A DNA stretch of 32,000 nucleotides, taken from Erysipelotrichaceae bacterium OH741_COT-311 (GTDB lineage Bacteria; Bacillota_I; Bacilli_A; Erysipelotrichales; Erysipelotrichaceae). Below the pieces are notes generated by a model, which did not search any database, was not told where the DNA came from, and worked only from the letters and a program-made list of their open reading frames with translations. This document shows, piece after piece, positions 7,530 to 16,411 of the stretch. The position numbers and the translations under genes were made by a program. Position 1 is the stretch's first letter. Each line of letters opens with the position of its first letter. The stretch is taken from the NCBI GenBank assembly GCA_003858585.1, contig RQZE01000004.1, positions 1 to 32,000 on the forward strand, in the 5' to 3' direction.

Positions 7530-9767
7530 TTAATTTACTTTTTCTTCTTTTCTATACTTAATAAGTAAAATTATAGATACAACAGATGCAACAAATAACA
7601 ATCCATAGACATTACTTGTCGTATCTCCAGTTTTTGGAATCGAAATTTTTGGTGAATATACAGTCATATCATCATGATCTACATTTGAAATATTAGGTAG
7701 AATAACCTTAGTATTTGTTACAACAAATCCTGTTGGATCTTTTACAATGTTAGTTACATATCCAGGAATTGGTGTTTGTTGAATGCTATATACAATTTCT
7801 TCACCGGTCATCTGATCATACTTGAATAAATTCGGAAAGCTTCCTTGCCAATTCATAGCCTCTTCTATGCGTAATGTTTGTCCTGTATCCACATTATTTG
7901 CCAACAACTTAATCATAGCATGGTCTTTCTTTGGACCGTTCCATTTTACAGTAACTGGAACATGAATTGTTTCTTGACTGATATTCTTAACCACAAAACC
8001 TGATGTAGTATTTCCTTCTACACGTGTTGTATAACCAGGAATAGCAACTTCACGAACTGAATAAACAATCTCATGATTATCACCTAAATCATATTTTGGT
8101 AAGTTCACGAATTGACCACTCCAATTTGATGCTTCATTTACTACAATTTCCTCTCCGGTATCGACATTATCCGCATACAATTTTAAAGTTGCTGAATTTT
8201 TACTTGCTCCATACCATTCTTTTTTTACATTGACTGTAAAGATTTCAAAATTTAAAACATCGAATTCATAAGGACCTTTTATTAGGAGAGAATAATCATA
8301 ATTATCTATTGCTATTTCTTCTATTGAATATTCGATTTCATGACCATCATTTAGATCATATTTGTCTAATCCGTCAAAACTTCCTGTCCAGTTCATTTGT
8401 GCTGTCAATGTAAGACGTTTTCCTGTATCAACGTTGTCTTTTAGCAATTTAAATGTTGCAGATGCAGCTTCTTTTTTCAACCATTTTTTATTAACAACAA
8501 CATTAATTTTTTCATCTGCACGTTTATTCACAAATTCTTTAGTTGCTATTTTTTGATCATTAAAATCACTACTTAATACTTTAATAGGTGTAGTGTTTAA
8601 AAGATACCCGTTTGGTGCTGCAACTTCTGTAATCGTATACGCATCTTTTAACAGATTGTCAAAAATAATCTCTCCTGCAGCATTTGTTTTCAAACGTGCC
8701 AATTCTATCCCTGTAGCATCTCGTACCAATTTAAATTCAGCATCTTTTAAAAGCTGACCGTTTTCATCTTTTTTAACCACTTTAATTTTATATTGGTAAC
8801 CAATAATCTCACTACCACCAACATTATACGTTAAAATAGATGTAACTGGTGGGATAGTAACATTATCCCCTGTCAAAGTAACCGTATTTTTAATTTTTTC
8901 ACCTTGAATTGGATCATAACTTGTTGTTGCACGATAACGAATACGATATCCTTCATTGGCCGCCACATTTCCTAAAGAAATATGGAATCCCTTTTTATCG
9001 GCATCTAAATGAATTGTAAATTGACTTGTAACATCTTCAGATGGATTAAGTTTAAAAGTACCATCTCCTGCATCTACCCATTGACCACGATAAATTAAAA
9101 TATTACTAATATCTAAATTTGTTTCATCACCAAATCGATCTGTAATTACCGCATTATTAATTTCGATATTTTTTTGGTTCACATCAATTCTATAATCTAA
9201 AGAACGCTTATCAGAACCCCCTGTTTTCCATCCTACTTTTTGTAGATCAAACGGTTTAGCTGCAGGCGCACCATTATAATGTATAGAACCATTGTAAATT
9301 GTTGCACCATTTGATACTAAGGTAACCGGAACATCCTGCTCACCAATCACTATTGCGTTTTCTACACGTACTAAGAAGAAAAAGCTTCCCTCAATATCAT
9401 TTAAATTTGCAATTTCATCTGTATATGTGATCAATATCTCATTTTTTGCTTTATTGAAAGTAACATTTGCAAAAGTTTTGTTATCTTTTTTTATTTCAAT
9501 TGGAACTTCTTGTGTAAATGTTAGCTCACGATTCATCTTTATGGTTGTTGTATCACCAGATGAAACAGTACCATTAGGAATTGAGAAATTTAAGTTAAAC
9601 TTCATTTCTTCCCAAATATTTACATTCCCTAGTGGGCTACCATCTCTTTTTGTTAGTGTAATATTCGTAAATGTAATTCCTTTTTCCTCTGCAAAAGTTT
9701 GAATACCTGCAAACAAGAAACAAACAATACTACACATCAAAATAAGCGTTTTCACTATTTTTTTCAT
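7530..9767 (-). CDS. Cell-wall-anchored adhesin (collagen-binding/MSCRAMM-like): N-terminal binding region, SpaA-type domain, three Cna-B repeats, IPKTG sorting signal
   Basis: Signal peptide MKKIVKTLILMCSIVCFLFAGIQTFA with an AGGAG RBS (start 9767). One prealbumin-like domain (YTITEVAAPNGY). Three ~90-aa repeats (V.KKW...A...KLL.DNVDTG...NW.G.F..L.KYD...G.EI.YS..E..I.GY). C-terminus is IPKTGD plus a hydrophobic helix plus KYRKEEK. Confidence 0.85.
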   Translation of the reverse strand: MKKIVKTLILMCSIVCFLFAGIQTFAEEKGITFTNITLTKRDGSPLGNVNIWEEMKFNLNFSIPNGTVSSGDTTTIKMNRELTFTQEVPIEIKKDNKTFANVTFNKAKNEILITYTDEIANLNDIEGSFFFLVRVENAIVIGEQDVPVTLVSNGATIYNGSIHYNGAPAAKPFDLQKVGWKTGGSDKRSLDYRIDVNQKNIEINNAVITDRFGDETNLDISNILIYRGQWVDAGDGTFKLNPSEDVTSQFTIHLDADKKGFHISLGNVAANEGYRIRYRATTSYDPIQGEKIKNTVTLTGDNVTIPPVTSILTYNVGGSEIIGYQYKIKVVKKDENGQLLKDAEFKLVRDATGIELARLKTNAAGEIIFDNLLKDAYTITEVAAPNGYLLNTTPIKVLSSDFNDQKIATKEFVNKRADEKINVVVNKKWLKKEAASATFKLLKDNVDTGKRLTLTAQMNWTGSFDGLDKYDLNDGHEIEYSIEEIAIDNYDYSLLIKGPYEFDVLNFEIFTVNVKKEWYGASKNSATLKLYADNVDTGEEIVVNEASNWSGQFVNLPKYDLGDNHEIVYSVREVAIPGYTTRVEGNTTSGFVVKNISQETIHVPVTVKWNGPKKDHAMIKLLANNVDTGQTLRIEEAMNWQGSFPNLFKYDQMTGEEIVYSIQQTPIPGYVTNIVKDPTGFVVTNTKVILPNISNVDHDDMTVYSPKISIPKTGDTTSNVYGLLFVASVVSIILLIKYRKEEKVN
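7711..8510 (-). repeat. Three tandem diverged ~250-276-nt coding repeats (Cna-B-type domains) inside the adhesin gene
   Basis: Repeat starts read from the DNA: INVVVNKKW at ~8510, TVNVKKEW at ~8238, VPVTVKWNG at ~7961. The last repeat ends GFVVTNT at ~7711. Confidence 0.75.
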
Positions 9768-9959
9768 TTCTATATCTCCTTGCTTTGACATATTACACAT
9801 AATTGTACCATAATTTCAAAAAAAATAAACATAATAATTAGTTAAAAACAGAAATTACATACTAAAAATTATATTTATCCTTTATTTATTATTTATACAT
9901 ATAATCATGTATTTTAATGAACTATTTGATGATCTATATTCAAACAACGTTTAACTATA

Positions 9960-11381
9960 TTAATTTTTCATTAAATAATATAATGTTTTAACCATAGATC
10001 CCGTTGCTCCCTTCACATTACAGTCATACGGAGTAGAAATATACGCTGTACCCGCAATGTCAATATGTAACCATGGTACATCTTTTGCTAAAAATGAGCC
10101 AACAAATAAACCTGCTGTAATCGCACCACCATATTTTCCACCTGAATTTTTTATATCGGCAACTTCTGACTTATTCATATTTTCATAGTAAGGAAGATTA
10201 GGGAATAAGTGAAGATATTCTTGTGCTTTTACACTTGCTTCTTCAAGTTGATGATAAAAGTCTTGATTATTAGTTACAATACCACTTACTTGTTCTCCTA
10301 ACGCACTCACACATGCACCAGTCAGAGTTGCAATATCAATTACTTTAGTACATTCCAGATGACTTGTAGCATAATAAATTGCATCTGCTAAAGTTAATCT
10401 TCCTTCTGCATCGGTATTAATAATTTCAATAGTTTTACCACTCATTGATTCTATAATATCACCATTACGATATGCATCTCCACTAATCATATTTTCACAC
10501 GCTGCAACCACTCCAACTACATTACACTTCACATTGGCGTTTGCTAAAGCTTTGATTGCACCAATTACAGTTGCAGATCCACCCATATCATCATACATAG
10601 TAACCATAGAAGCTGCCGGTTTGATTGCTAATCCTCCAGAATCGTAAGTAACTCCTTTGCCGATTAATCCTATTTTTTCTGTAGAAGAAGAATCATTTAA
10701 GTATTCTATAACAATTAATTTTGGTTCTTTTGAACTTGCACGTGCGACATTTAAAAATGCATGCATATTTAATTCTTTTATTTCTTCAAGCCCATATATC
10801 TGTACATTAACATTTGAATGTTTGAACTCTTCTTGCACAATCTTAGCCAATGATTCTGGATAAATCACATTCGCTGGTTGATTTACTAAATTACGAGTTA
10901 AAAACATGCCATTTACAATACACTTTGCTTCCTTAATACCTTCTACTACTTTTTGGTATTTTTCTGGATTTACATTATAGTTTACAACTAACTCTTGGCT
11001 TACTTTTTTTTGAGTTTTAAAGATATCATAAGTATATTCACTACACAACATCCCTTCTGCAATATTTAATGCTGTTTTATACGAACATAATCCGTTTATT
11101 TTGGGAATATCCATGGCAATCTCTTGAATATTTGAATCAATCAATTTTTTTGCAAAATTATAAAAAGTAACACGTAAATCTTTCAATGATAACTCCTTCT
11201 CTTTGCCCAAACCCAAATAAACCACTAAATTTCCATCTTCTAATAAATGGATATACATTTGTCCCAATTTAGCCTCAAATAGTTTTGTACTGACTAATTT
11301 ACTTAATACTTCACAAGTAATTGTATCCTCATAAATTACTTTTACTTCAACACCTTGTTTTACATTAACATTAAACTTCAT
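9960..11381 (-). CDS. pepA: Leucyl aminopeptidase (M17 family)
   Basis: M17 signature NTDAEGRLTLADA, VTYDSGGLAIKP and the metal-binding context DMGGSATV. Length 473 aa. Confidence 0.9.
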   Translation of the reverse strand: MKFNVNVKQGVEVKVIYEDTITCEVLSKLVSTKLFEAKLGQMYIHLLEDGNLVVYLGLGKEKELSLKDLRVTFYNFAKKLIDSNIQEIAMDIPKINGLCSYKTALNIAEGMLCSEYTYDIFKTQKKVSQELVVNYNVNPEKYQKVVEGIKEAKCIVNGMFLTRNLVNQPANVIYPESLAKIVQEEFKHSNVNVQIYGLEEIKELNMHAFLNVARASSKEPKLIVIEYLNDSSSTEKIGLIGKGVTYDSGGLAIKPAASMVTMYDDMGGSATVIGAIKALANANVKCNVVGVVAACENMISGDAYRNGDIIESMSGKTIEIINTDAEGRLTLADAIYYATSHLECTKVIDIATLTGACVSALGEQVSGIVTNNQDFYHQLEEASVKAQEYLHLFPNLPYYENMNKSEVADIKNSGGKYGGAITAGLFVGSFLAKDVPWLHIDIAGTAYISTPYDCNVKGATGSMVKTLYYLMKN

Positions 11382-11710
11382 ACTAATCTCTCTAACCTCT
11401 CTTTTCTAAATTACTCATCATTACATTACAAAATATAAATACATACACGAAAATAATTATGTGTTATGTCATGTATATTTTATCAACTTTAATATATTTT
11501 TCAAAAAATATTTTACACATGTTTATATATTTTCAAATTATATGTTAGATATAATACTTATCTATATCAATCATAATAACATACAAAAACTTAACAAGAA
11601 TAGTTACACACCTATATATACCTTATCCTTTAATCAATCTTTTATCGCTATATATAAACACGCCTCTACACTTTATCCTAAATTGATTCATGCTCTATCA
11701 TTTTACTACC

Positions 11711-11740
11711 TTCATTTGTTAGAGTCAACTAACAAATGAA
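11711..11740. repeat. 12-bp perfect inverted repeat (hairpin) without a U-tract, downstream of the orphan gene
   Basis: ttcatttgttag (11711-11722) / ctaacaaatgaa (11729-11740) with a 6-nt loop agtcaa. There is no T-run on either side. Confidence 0.5.
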
Positions 11741-11761
11741 CAAATATCTTAGATACAATAC

Positions 11762-12340
11762 TTATGAAATGGACTGAATATACTTTTCAATTTCTTGTTC
11801 AATATTCATTTCTAAAAATAACGGATCCATATGTGTAAAAAAATACCAACGATCTTCCTGTCCCTTTTTACGAACAAATATTACTTCCCCATCTTCAGAA
11901 CCAAAACATTCTCGACTAACTTCAAAATCATGTTCAGTAAATAGTTCTCTGCATTGTTTAAATCTTAATTCTCTTTCTTCAATATAATTTTTTGCATTTT
12001 CATTATTAATGGAATACGCATCAACCTTAATAGATCCAATTGAAACACGATTATCAGTAGTCGCGCTATCTAGATAATCCAATGGTATCCAAAGAACTAT
12101 AATATCTTCTTCAAAAGAAAAACGGCTAATCGGTATTTGATAACCATTATAGCTAATCAGTTCAATATCCGGTAGTTTAGCATATTCAATTGTTTCTTCT
12201 TCAAAAGGAACACCATCTATATCTACACAAGTATAATTATAACCGGGTACTTTCTTCATAAAGAATCTACCATGTTCTATACTATCAAAAATTCCAACCA
12301 ATTGTCTTGTATTTTTACTGCTCCATTCAAGTAAATACAT
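11762..12340 (-). CDS. Hypothetical cytoplasmic acidic protein (192 aa), no recognised domain
   Basis: Clean ORF with an AAGGAG RBS. No signal peptide or TM helix. I recognise no motif. Confidence 0.6.
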   Translation of the reverse strand: MYLLEWSSKNTRQLVGIFDSIEHGRFFMKKVPGYNYTCVDIDGVPFEEETIEYAKLPDIELISYNGYQIPISRFSFEEDIIVLWIPLDYLDSATTDNRVSIGSIKVDAYSINNENAKNYIEERELRFKQCRELFTEHDFEVSRECFGSEDGEVIFVRKKGQEDRWYFFTHMDPLFLEMNIEQEIEKYIQSIS

Positions 12341-12382
12341 AATCTAACTCCTTCTGTATAATTCTATTATACCAATAATCAT

Positions 12383-12409
12383 AAAAAATACAGATTGAGT
12401 CTCAATCTG
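12383..12409 (-). terminator. Rho-independent terminator of the proline-rich surface protein gene
   Basis: cagattgag (12391-12399) / ctcaatctg (12401-12409) inverted repeat. The A-run 12383-12388 on + gives a U-tract on the minus transcript. It lies ~10 nt after the stop. Confidence 0.65.
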
Positions 12410-12418
12410 CATAATAAC

Positions 12419-12991
12419 TTATTCTTTTATTGTTTTTTTCGTATATAAAATCGAAATTAAACCAATTATCGATACAACTGTAATCGTAAACAAACTCATC
12501 ATATTTGTAGAATCCATTGTTTTAGGAACATTTAAACTTGGAGTTTTATACATATCCACAATTGTAGTTGATTCTACAACCACATCTTCCATTACATTTT
12601 CTTCTGATGTATCAACCTCATCTACTATTGGTGCTGGTGGATTAACCGGAACTGTTGGTTGTGGATCAGCCGGAACTGTTGGTGGTGGATCAGTCGGAGT
12701 TGTTGATGGTGGATCATTCGGAATTGTTGGTGGTGGATCGGTCGGAGTTGTTGATGGTGGATTAACCGGAACTGTTGGTTGTGCATCAACCGGAAATATA
12801 CTAGCAAGTTTAGCTGGTTCACCTAGCCCAATTATAACTACTTCAGCAATGCGTCCCGTTTTAGCTATAAGTTCTAATCCTTCTTCTACACGGAAATGAA
12901 AATTCGCCTTAACTACAAATCTTCCTATCGAAGTCGAAACATAAAACACAAAAACAAATATAAAAACGGCAATCTTTTTTTGTATGTTCAC
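12419..12991 (-). CDS. Small proline-rich surface protein with a VPKTM sorting-signal-like C-terminus
   Basis: GTG start preceded by AGGGGGAA. N-terminal hydrophobic signal. P/T-rich stalk (PSTTPTDPPPT[IV]P.DP repeats). C-terminus is VPKTMD plus a TM helix plus KKTIKE. Confidence 0.7.
   Translation of the reverse strand: MNIQKKIAVFIFVFVFYVSTSIGRFVVKANFHFRVEEGLELIAKTGRIAEVVIIGLGEPAKLASIFPVDAQPTVPVNPPSTTPTDPPPTIPNDPPSTTPTDPPPTVPADPQPTVPVNPPAPIVDEVDTSEENVMEDVVVESTTIVDMYKTPSLNVPKTMDSTNMMSLFTITVVSIIGLISILYTKKTIKE
12636..12783 (-). repeat. Nested coding direct repeats in the proline-rich stalk
   Basis: A 28-nt perfect direct repeat occurs at 12636-12663 and 12756-12783 (120 nt apart). An inner 22-nt repeat gtcggagttgttgatggtggat occurs at 12693-12714 and 12741-12762 (48-nt period = 16 aa). 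Confidence 0.85.
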
Positions 12992-13229
12992 TTCAATTCC
13001 CCCTTGATATGTATAATACCTATTCTATAAATTATTATATTTCTTATATTATTACATGTCAATCATTTATCAATTAATGTATATATGTATATTTTAGTAA
13101 ATTATATGGAAATAAAAACATAAAAAAATGTATAAGAACTATGTATGATTTTTTATATAATAACTAAATAAAAATGATTTTACATTATAAAAAGTGAACC
13201 TTAACTTTAAGACTCACTTGTTTTTTAAA

Positions 13230-15056
13230 TTATTTACTTTTTTGTATATTTAATAACACCACTAATGCAAGTAGCGAAGTATACAATAGTGTAAACCAGA
13301 TTAATACATCCGTAGTATCCATCGTTTTAGGTATATGGAAACTTGATGTTATTTTTGTTTTTTCATTTACGATTGGCTTTACCTGAGCATTTGGTTTTGG
13401 TTGTGGAACAGGAGCAGGATTCATCTTTGGTTTCGGTTTGTGAATCATTTGCAATTGAGCATTCGGCAGTAAATTCCACTGACCGTTCTCCTGCAACTCT
13501 ATACTTCCATCTAAATTTAAGCGAAATACCATTGCTTTAGCTAAACTATATCCATTTGGAGCCTTCACTTCTTCCAATGTATATTGATTAGGTTCTAAAC
13601 TTAAAATTTTTGCCGTTTCCGTTGTATCCCATTCATCTTGAATACTACCATCTTGACGAATAATTCGCAACTTAGCACTAGGTAATTCACCATTTTTATC
13701 TTGTGCAATACTGCTAAAAAGTACATCATGTTTTTTTAAATTATGCACTAACTGTACCATTTTATCTGTAACTTCAAGTCCAACATTTCCAGAAAGAATA
13801 TGTACTGAACTATCTGGACCCACAAGAAACTCCACTGAAGAAGCTTTTTCATACCCAAATGGAGCTTGGATTTCCTCAGCAATATATCTACCAGGAAATA
13901 GCATCAATTGTTTTTTTGTATCAGTAGTTGTAATATTCTCAATGATTTGAGAAGTATTTTTTTCTTTAATAACTAACTGAGTACCCGAAAGCTCTATATC
14001 TTTATCTTCTTCTACACTACTTATTACCACTAGATGTTTTTTTAAGTGATTGAACATTTGAATAGTTGAGTTATTTACAACAACCCACTGATCACCTTCT
14101 TTTTTCTCAAGCAATCCATCTATATTCAATCGAAATAGGACAGGCTGTGCTAACTCATACCCAATAGGAGCTTCTATTTCCTCTAGTTTATACTCCCCTT
14201 TTGTTAATTTTAATTTTTGGGGATGTTTTGTTGTAATCCACTGTGCAATTTCTGTTTCTGTATTATTTGATATTTTTTTTACTACTAATTTTGCATTTCG
14301 AAGCTCCGAATTTTGTCCCTTCTCCATCTTGCTAATAAACACATCGTATTTCATCAATTCGTTCACCACCTGAACAAAATCAACAACCTTTATTTCTCCA
14401 TTTATACTTCTTGATATTTCTCCATTAATTGACACTTCAAAATCGATGCCATCTGTGGGAGCATAGCCTTGCAACCCTCTTTGAACAGTTACCCTGTATT
14501 GTCCAGGTAGTAATCGAATGACTTCCATGTGATCGGTAGTTGTCCATGAATGAATCAATTCACCACTTTGTTTTGATAAATCTAAATGTACACCTGGAAG
14601 CTCTTCAGTATTATCTTCTGAAATATTACTAATTTTTACATCAAAGCCAACAAGTATATGATTAAATACAATTGTTGAATTTGGCACAAAAGAACTAGAT
14701 GCTCCTTCTATTAATCTTAAAGATCCATCATCAAAAACTAAAAATTCTCTTTGAGAAACTTCTGGCTGATATCCATTTGGAGCTATTTCTTCAACCAATA
14801 CATATTTTCCAGATTTCAACTTTACTGTATGTGGAGCATTGCCAGAATCCCAAGACATCAAAATATTTGTATTGGTTGAATCTTTAATACTAAACCTTGC
14901 TCCGGCAAGTTCTTCTGCATTACCTTTTACCACAGAACTGATAATTATATCATATTCATTTTGTTGTGCTTGCACTTTAGAAACCAGCATAAAAGATGAA
15001 ATCATTACAATAAATGCCATAACAAAACCTACAATCTTATTTACCCGAATTTTCAT
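13230..15056 (-). CDS. Surface protein with five tandem SpaA/prealbumin-like fold domains and an IPKTM sorting-signal-like C-terminus
   Basis: Signal peptide ending VQA. Five ~100-aa repeats each carry the Y.L.E..AP.GY motif (YVLVEEIAPNGY, YRVTVQRGLQGY, YKLEEIEAPIGY, YIAEEIQAPFGY, YTLEEVKAPNGY). A P/K-rich linker is followed by IPKTMD plus a TM helix plus QKSK. Confidence 0.8.
   Translation of the reverse strand: MKIRVNKIVGFVMAFIVMISSFMLVSKVQAQQNEYDIIISSVVKGNAEELAGARFSIKDSTNTNILMSWDSGNAPHTVKLKSGKYVLVEEIAPNGYQPEVSQREFLVFDDGSLRLIEGASSSFVPNSTIVFNHILVGFDVKISNISEDNTEELPGVHLDLSKQSGELIHSWTTTDHMEVIRLLPGQYRVTVQRGLQGYAPTDGIDFEVSINGEISRSINGEIKVVDFVQVVNELMKYDVFISKMEKGQNSELRNAKLVVKKISNNTETEIAQWITTKHPQKLKLTKGEYKLEEIEAPIGYELAQPVLFRLNIDGLLEKKEGDQWVVVNNSTIQMFNHLKKHLVVISSVEEDKDIELSGTQLVIKEKNTSQIIENITTTDTKKQLMLFPGRYIAEEIQAPFGYEKASSVEFLVGPDSSVHILSGNVGLEVTDKMVQLVHNLKKHDVLFSSIAQDKNGELPSAKLRIIRQDGSIQDEWDTTETAKILSLEPNQYTLEEVKAPNGYSLAKAMVFRLNLDGSIELQENGQWNLLPNAQLQMIHKPKPKMNPAPVPQPKPNAQVKPIVNEKTKITSSFHIPKTMDTTDVLIWFTLLYTSLLALVVLLNIQKSK
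13440..14954 (-). repeat. Five diverged tandem ~300-nt coding repeats (SpaA-type domains)
   Basis: Periodicity read from the protein, residues ~35-539. The repeats are diverged at the DNA level. Confidence 0.7.
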
Positions 15057-15163
15057 ATTCTCTCCCTCTAGAATTGTATATTAAATAAATTATCCTTTGA
15101 ATTGTAAGATAGTTTCAATTCCTAAACTATACTAGTACAGAATAACCTCCATGTCAATTTTAT

Positions 15164-15187
15164 AAAAATGACAATTTTGTCATTTTT
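15164..15187. terminator. AT-rich palindromic hairpin with A/T flanks (possible bidirectional terminator)
   Basis: aaaaatgacaattttgtcattttt: 11-nt arms around a 2-nt centre. The GC-containing core is only atgaca/tgtcat. Confidence 0.35.
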
Positions 15188-15231
15188 ATGATAAAACAAT
15201 CCATTTTTTCTCTCAATAGATATTACTATAA

Positions 15232-15261
15232 AGAAAACATACTTTAAAAAGTACGTTTTTT
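15232..15261 (-). terminator. Rho-independent terminator after the GIY-YIG/DUF4357 gene
   Basis: acatactt (15237-15244) / aagtacgt (15249-15256) form an 8-bp stem. The one mispair is a G-U wobble on the minus transcript. T/A runs flank both sides. It lies ~50 nt past the stop at 15308. Confidence 0.55.
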
Positions 15262-15307
15262 AATTTATATTTTTATTTTACTATTAAATACAATAAACTA
15301 CATTATG

Positions 15308-16177
15308 TTACATTTCATCTAATTCTTTTAAAGTAAGTCCTTCTTTATTTTTCCATTCTGTTCGTCCATTCCTACTCATCCCAAGAATAAACATCGCTGC
15401 ATAAGATGGACTGTTAAATAGATAATCTTTTGTTATTCGCCCATTCACAATTTCATTATTCTCTCTTAAATTATCTCTTAACAATTTTATTGATTTAGGT
15501 AAAGTTTCTGAATCATTCATTTCTATCATACTATCTTTTAATACAACAAAACCTTCATTTGTTCTTTTACATTTTGCTTTAATTACATAATTTGATTTTT
15601 TTGTTTTACTATTTAGATTATAAATTTCTTCAGTTGTAGATGTTAATGCATTATTGATTAATGGTACAAAGATTTTATACCCCAAAACGCCTAGCACCAT
15701 CTTTGAATATTCTACAAAATCTTCAAGTTCAGATTCTTTTTCTTCCGTTACATTTCCTGGATTTGGTTCATTCTCATTTTTTACAATATACCTTTGTGCT
15801 TCTTTTGCTAGATTTGTAAATTTATTTTCAAGATAACTTATTTCAGTTGGACCAAATGAATTGTTTTGTGTAGTCAGTATCACAACATCTGTAAAATAAA
15901 ACTCATCTTTTAAATGTTCCAACACTCTATGTAAGATACATTCTTTATTTTTTCTAACACCCGCTTGCCCGATATAAACTTCATCTTGTCCATCATCATT
16001 TTTAAAAAATAAGAAATAAACACCACTTTGTTTTAAATCTTGACGAATTTTACAACTATCAAGAAGAGATCGTGGAATTTTATAAGCTAATCCAGTCCAA
16101 TTTAATAGTGTGCATTTAATTCTACCTGTAACTTCTCCATCCATAAGAAATAAATTAAAATTTTTACTTTTATTCAT
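15308..16177 (-). CDS. GIY-YIG nuclease-family protein with a C-terminal DUF4357-type domain
   Basis: GVYFLFF...EVYIGQA (GIY-YIG core) followed by ...LENKF (family helix). The C-terminal ~90 aa (EGFVVLKDS...SPSYAAMFILGMSRNGRTEWK) matches my memory of DUF4357. Confidence 0.7.
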   Translation of the reverse strand: MNKSKNFNLFLMDGEVTGRIKCTLLNWTGLAYKIPRSLLDSCKIRQDLKQSGVYFLFFKNDDGQDEVYIGQAGVRKNKECILHRVLEHLKDEFYFTDVVILTTQNNSFGPTEISYLENKFTNLAKEAQRYIVKNENEPNPGNVTEEKESELEDFVEYSKMVLGVLGYKIFVPLINNALTSTTEEIYNLNSKTKKSNYVIKAKCKRTNEGFVVLKDSMIEMNDSETLPKSIKLLRDNLRENNEIVNGRITKDYLFNSPSYAAMFILGMSRNGRTEWKNKEGLTLKELDEM

Positions 16178-16356
16178 ATACTTATCCCTTTCATCTCATG
16201 TTCTACCATTAAACATTTTTAATCTATTTCTATTATAGCGAACTATATCCTTAAAATTTATACGTATTTATTTTATATTTTTTATAAAATTTAATATTTT
16301 TTATCTGCTAAGTGTATGTAAATATGTTTCACTATTCATATAATTCATAAACTACT

Positions 16357-16386
16357 AAAAAATCAGATGACCATATGACCATCTGA
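16357..16386 (-). terminator. Rho-independent terminator of the SDR gene
   Basis: tcagatg (16363-16369) / catctga (16380-16386) stem. The A-run 16357-16362 on + gives a U-tract on the minus transcript. It lies ~25 nt after the stop. Confidence 0.6.
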
Positions 16387-16411
16387 CTTTTGTATTAAAT
16401 ACTAATTTTCA

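Noticed and set aside
9768-9800. Longer N-terminus (MCNMSKQGDIE) for the adhesin ORF
   Set aside because: The AGGAG RBS lies inside this extension, and the signal peptide starts at MKKIVK (9767).
11461-11739. + strand 92-aa ORF in the pepA upstream spacer
   Set aside because: The sequence is extremely AT-rich with an I/N/Y/F/K-dominated composition, no RBS, and the opposite orientation to every real gene. It looks like a chance ORF in non-coding DNA.
12625-12822. Minus-strand 65-aa ORF with repeating HHQQ/FRLIH units
   Set aside because: It is an alternative frame of the proline-rich repeat in the 12419-12991 gene. Its periodicity is simply the 48-nt coding repeat read out of frame.
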